Sequence record: SRR22947725_1153
Reading direction: 5' to 3' (one strand)
DNA length: 43,755 nucleotides
Made by a program: the position numbers and the translations under genes. Of the stretch, positions 41,383 to 43,755 are shown one piece after another. The notes below the pieces were generated by a model. It was given only the letters and a program-made list of their open reading frames with translations. It ran no database searches and had not been told where the DNA came from. Every line of letters starts with the position of its first letter. Position 1 is the stretch's first letter.

Positions 41383-41820
41383 TTATGAGACATTTTCACC
41401 CAAAGATAAACCTTTGCAAGCGCCATTCTTGATCAACCACTTGGCAAGTTCGCAGGCACCGTTTTCAATTACATAGTCAAGGACCGATTTATGACGATTA
41501 TCCAAAGCATTGATATTGGCTCCATGGTCGAGCAAGTAGGCCAATAGTTCAGTCTTTTGGGGAAATTTCTGAATGGGAGTCTTCGCATACATGAAGACGG
41601 TAGTTCCGTTCTGATTGGTTGCATTTACATTTGCGCCGTTTTCGACCAAAAATTTTGCTTCCTCATTGTTTTGATTATAACAAGCCATAATAAGCCCAGT
41701 CCATCCTTGTACAGAAACTGCGTCTATAGGGTGAGTTGCTTGTTTAACAAACTTTTCGACTGTGCCAAAATGACCACTTACACATGCGTTATGAAATGCT
41801 TTTAAACTGACTAATTGCAT
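41383..41820 (-). CDS. Small stand-alone ankyrin-repeat protein
   Basis: GWTGLIMAC..LVENGANVN, GTTVFMYA..LLDHGANIN, KSVLDY..LIKNGA. Visibly AT-richer than the flanking core genes. Confidence 0.82.
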   Translation of the reverse strand: MQLVSLKAFHNACVSGHFGTVEKFVKQATHPIDAVSVQGWTGLIMACYNQNNEEAKFLVENGANVNATNQNGTTVFMYAKTPIQKFPQKTELLAYLLDHGANINALDNRHKSVLDYVIENGACELAKWLIKNGACKGLSLGENVS

Positions 41821-41987
41821 ATAGCGGCAAATCTTTATCTGGTTTGAACTTAATAATCAATTCTAGGTTTAGCCGCACAGTTTCGACGAGGAGATTCGAT
41901 AAAAAGGAAGTCTGTTAGACTAAATAGTCAGGCATGAACAAGTCGTTCATGCACACCTAGCCGTGTTCAATAATTGAGCGGGTCAAT

Positions 41988-42134
41988 CTATAGCCAATCT
42001 TTCACAACGATTCGGCATTCACCAAGCGTGTGGAAGATTTCTCGCTCCAAATATTCCTTGTGGGATTTATTATGAAAGCTTTCCACATATCCATTTTACC
42101 ATAGTCTTTCTGGATCTATGTTGAGTGCTTTGAT
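41988..42134 (-). pseudogene. Decayed IS3-family transposase (integrase core) fragment
   Basis: Manual translation IKALNIDPERLW*NGYVESFHNKSHKEYLEREIFHTLGECRIVVKDWL* resembles the IS3 OrfB pattern IxPGSPWQNGYxESFxxKLRxExLxxExFxTLxEARxxIExWR. In-frame TAA at 42098-42096 where Q is expected. Confidence 0.8.
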
Positions 42135-42235
42135 TGCAAAGGGACCTGTTCACAGATGTCTGAAATGCCCTGTTCTGGCAGCCACAGGTGTTTCTCCAAG
42201 GTCATGACATATGCCACATCTTCCGGATTTAAGTA

Positions 42236-43441
42236 ATGATTAATAGAGGAATGAACCGTGAAAATTCCAGTATCTACGAGGGTATTGGGCTGATGTCAGG
42301 AACCTCCATGGACGGAATAGACCTGGCTTATTGCCGTTTTGCGGAAAGAATCGATCCAGGATTAAAACTGACATGCAATGATGCATATTGGTCTTTTGAG
42401 ATCCTCAAGGCAGAAACGATTCCCATGCCGGAAACATGGCACGGGCGATTAGATTCTCTGGGGGAGCAAAGCGCCGAAACATTTGCAAGGACGCATGTCC
42501 GTTTTGGACACTTTCTTGGCGAAACACTGAGAGACTTCATACATTCCGAAAATATTAAACCCCAGTTTGTTTCAAGTCATGGTCATACTGTTTTTCACCA
42601 ACCAGCTCGAAAATTTTCAGTTCAGATAGGGGATGGTGAAACCCTGGCGACCTATTTGAACATGCCCTTGGTGACCCAGTTCAGACAAAAAGATGTAGCC
42701 CTTGGTGGTGAAGGTGCGCCACTGGTCCCTTTTGGGGAACAACACCTTTTTCCAAAGGGGATGCTCTTCATGAATCTGGGAGGAATCGTCAATCTCTCGA
42801 TTGACGCCATGGGCTTTGATATCTGTGTTTGCAACATGGCCCTCAATCGTTTGGCCGGTCTGCTTGATCCTCCCGCAGCCTACGACGCAGGAGGTGCCAT
42901 TGCCGCTTCATCCCAAGTTGATCCTGCATTACTCAATGCTCTGGATGGATTGCCGTGGTATGAACTTCCTCCACCCAAAAGTCTCGGTAAGGAGTGGTTC
43001 GAAACATGGGTGATTCCTCTTCTGAAGGCTTCCAATGCAACGGTGCGCAGCCAGATGGCGACCTACACGGAACACATCGCCAACAAGGTGGCAAGCGCGG
43101 TCCTGCAGACGGTGAATCGTTTTAAGACCAAAGCGCTGATGTCCCCGACCGCGATTCTCATGAGTGGCGGTGGCGTACACAACGACTATCTGGTGGCACG
43201 TATCCGACAAAAGATGAGCGATGCTGGCCTTAACCTGGACATCCTTACTGATCCCTCCCTCATCGATCACAAGGAGGCCATGATTTTCGCTTTCCTGGGT
43301 CTGCAGGTGCTTCTTGGCCGCTCCAACGTCCTGGCATCGGTGACGGGTGCCAGGCAAGATTCCATTGGTGGCTCTATCCATCTACCTTCTCGTATGGAGC
43401 ATTTTCAACTCCCCCTGCAGTGTCGTCATGTCAAAACCTGA
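42236..43441 (+). CDS. anmK: Anhydro-N-acetylmuramic acid kinase
   Basis: GLMSGTSMDGID, SHGHTVFHQP, QIGDG, DVALGGEGAPLVP, NLGGI, PPKSLGKE, SGGGVHN, KEAMIFAFLG. Start 42236 or 42251. Confidence 0.92.
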   Translation: MINRGMNRENSSIYEGIGLMSGTSMDGIDLAYCRFAERIDPGLKLTCNDAYWSFEILKAETIPMPETWHGRLDSLGEQSAETFARTHVRFGHFLGETLRDFIHSENIKPQFVSSHGHTVFHQPARKFSVQIGDGETLATYLNMPLVTQFRQKDVALGGEGAPLVPFGEQHLFPKGMLFMNLGGIVNLSIDAMGFDICVCNMALNRLAGLLDPPAAYDAGGAIAASSQVDPALLNALDGLPWYELPPPKSLGKEWFETWVIPLLKASNATVRSQMATYTEHIANKVASAVLQTVNRFKTKALMSPTAILMSGGGVHNDYLVARIRQKMSDAGLNLDILTDPSLIDHKEAMIFAFLGLQVLLGRSNVLASVTGARQDSIGGSIHLPSRMEHFQLPLQCRHVKT

Positions 43442-43558
43442 TTGAAACCTCTGGATTTTTTCCGTGTTTTAACCGGCATCATCTGGGATAAATATCACCA
43501 AGCGAATGCCTGTGCTTTTTGTCAAAGCTGAAGATCAGGTGAAGCGCTGTATGGCTCC

Positions 43559-43755
43559 ATGTCTCCCTTTATCATATTTATTGTCATCGCAGCCTATTTC
43601 GGAGTCTTGTGGCTTATTTCAACACGGACCGGGAAAAACGGCGATAACAAGACCTATTTCACTGGTAACCATAGTTCCCCATGGTATCTGGTTGCCTTTG
43701 GAATGATCGGAGCCTCCCTCTCTGGCGTCACCTTTATCTCGGTTCCTGGATGGGT
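43559..43755 (+). CDS. Sodium:solute symporter (SSS/SLC5) family, 5' part; runs off the window end
   Basis: Manual translation from ATG 43559: [65 protein letters not shown]. This is the typical SSS N-terminus (TM1, YF.G, PW, S..TFI..PG). Not in the ORF track. Confidence 0.9.
   Translation, partial: MSPFIIFIVIAAYFGVLWLISTRTGKNGDNKTYFTGNHSSPWYLVAFGMIGASLSGVTFISVPGW

Noticed and set aside
43506..43706. 66-aa + strand ORF from the track
   Set aside because: Wrong frame; the real gene is the SSS symporter starting at 43559.

Overview
Gene-dense chromosomal window, most likely from a marine Verrucomicrobiota genome. That assignment is inferred from gene content (four Cys-type sulfatases, lamin-tail/CotH proteins, PA14-cytochrome fusions); no marker gene confirms it. 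Housekeeping genes: a GlpG-type rhomboid cut by the left edge and absent from the ORF track, glgP, rlmN, an orphan trpG/pabA, a stand-alone atpD-atpC pair, an mlaE-F-D-like operon, anmK, and a sodium:solute symporter cut by the right edge and also absent from the track. Between these lie many predicted exported enzymes. I found no rRNA, tRNA, CRISPR array or intact mobile element, but a decayed IS3-family transposase fragment lies at 41988-42134. Best candidates for undescribed biology: (1) three CotH-family extracytoplasmic kinases with different architectures, two of them next to exported phosphoesterases; (2) three cytochrome-c-fused beta-propeller proteins (1, 2 and 5 CxxCH motifs) plus an exported lactonase, suggesting periplasmic sugar oxidation; (3) an MlaF-like ABC subunit lacking its catalytic Glu, LSGGQ signature and switch His; (4) a shared C-terminal ...F(F/Y)R domain on two unrelated exported proteins; (5) a terminator-like hairpin in the glgP leader; (6) a Bacteroidota-like anmK plus symporter module beside the IS scar. 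All functional calls come from motif recognition by eye, not database searches.
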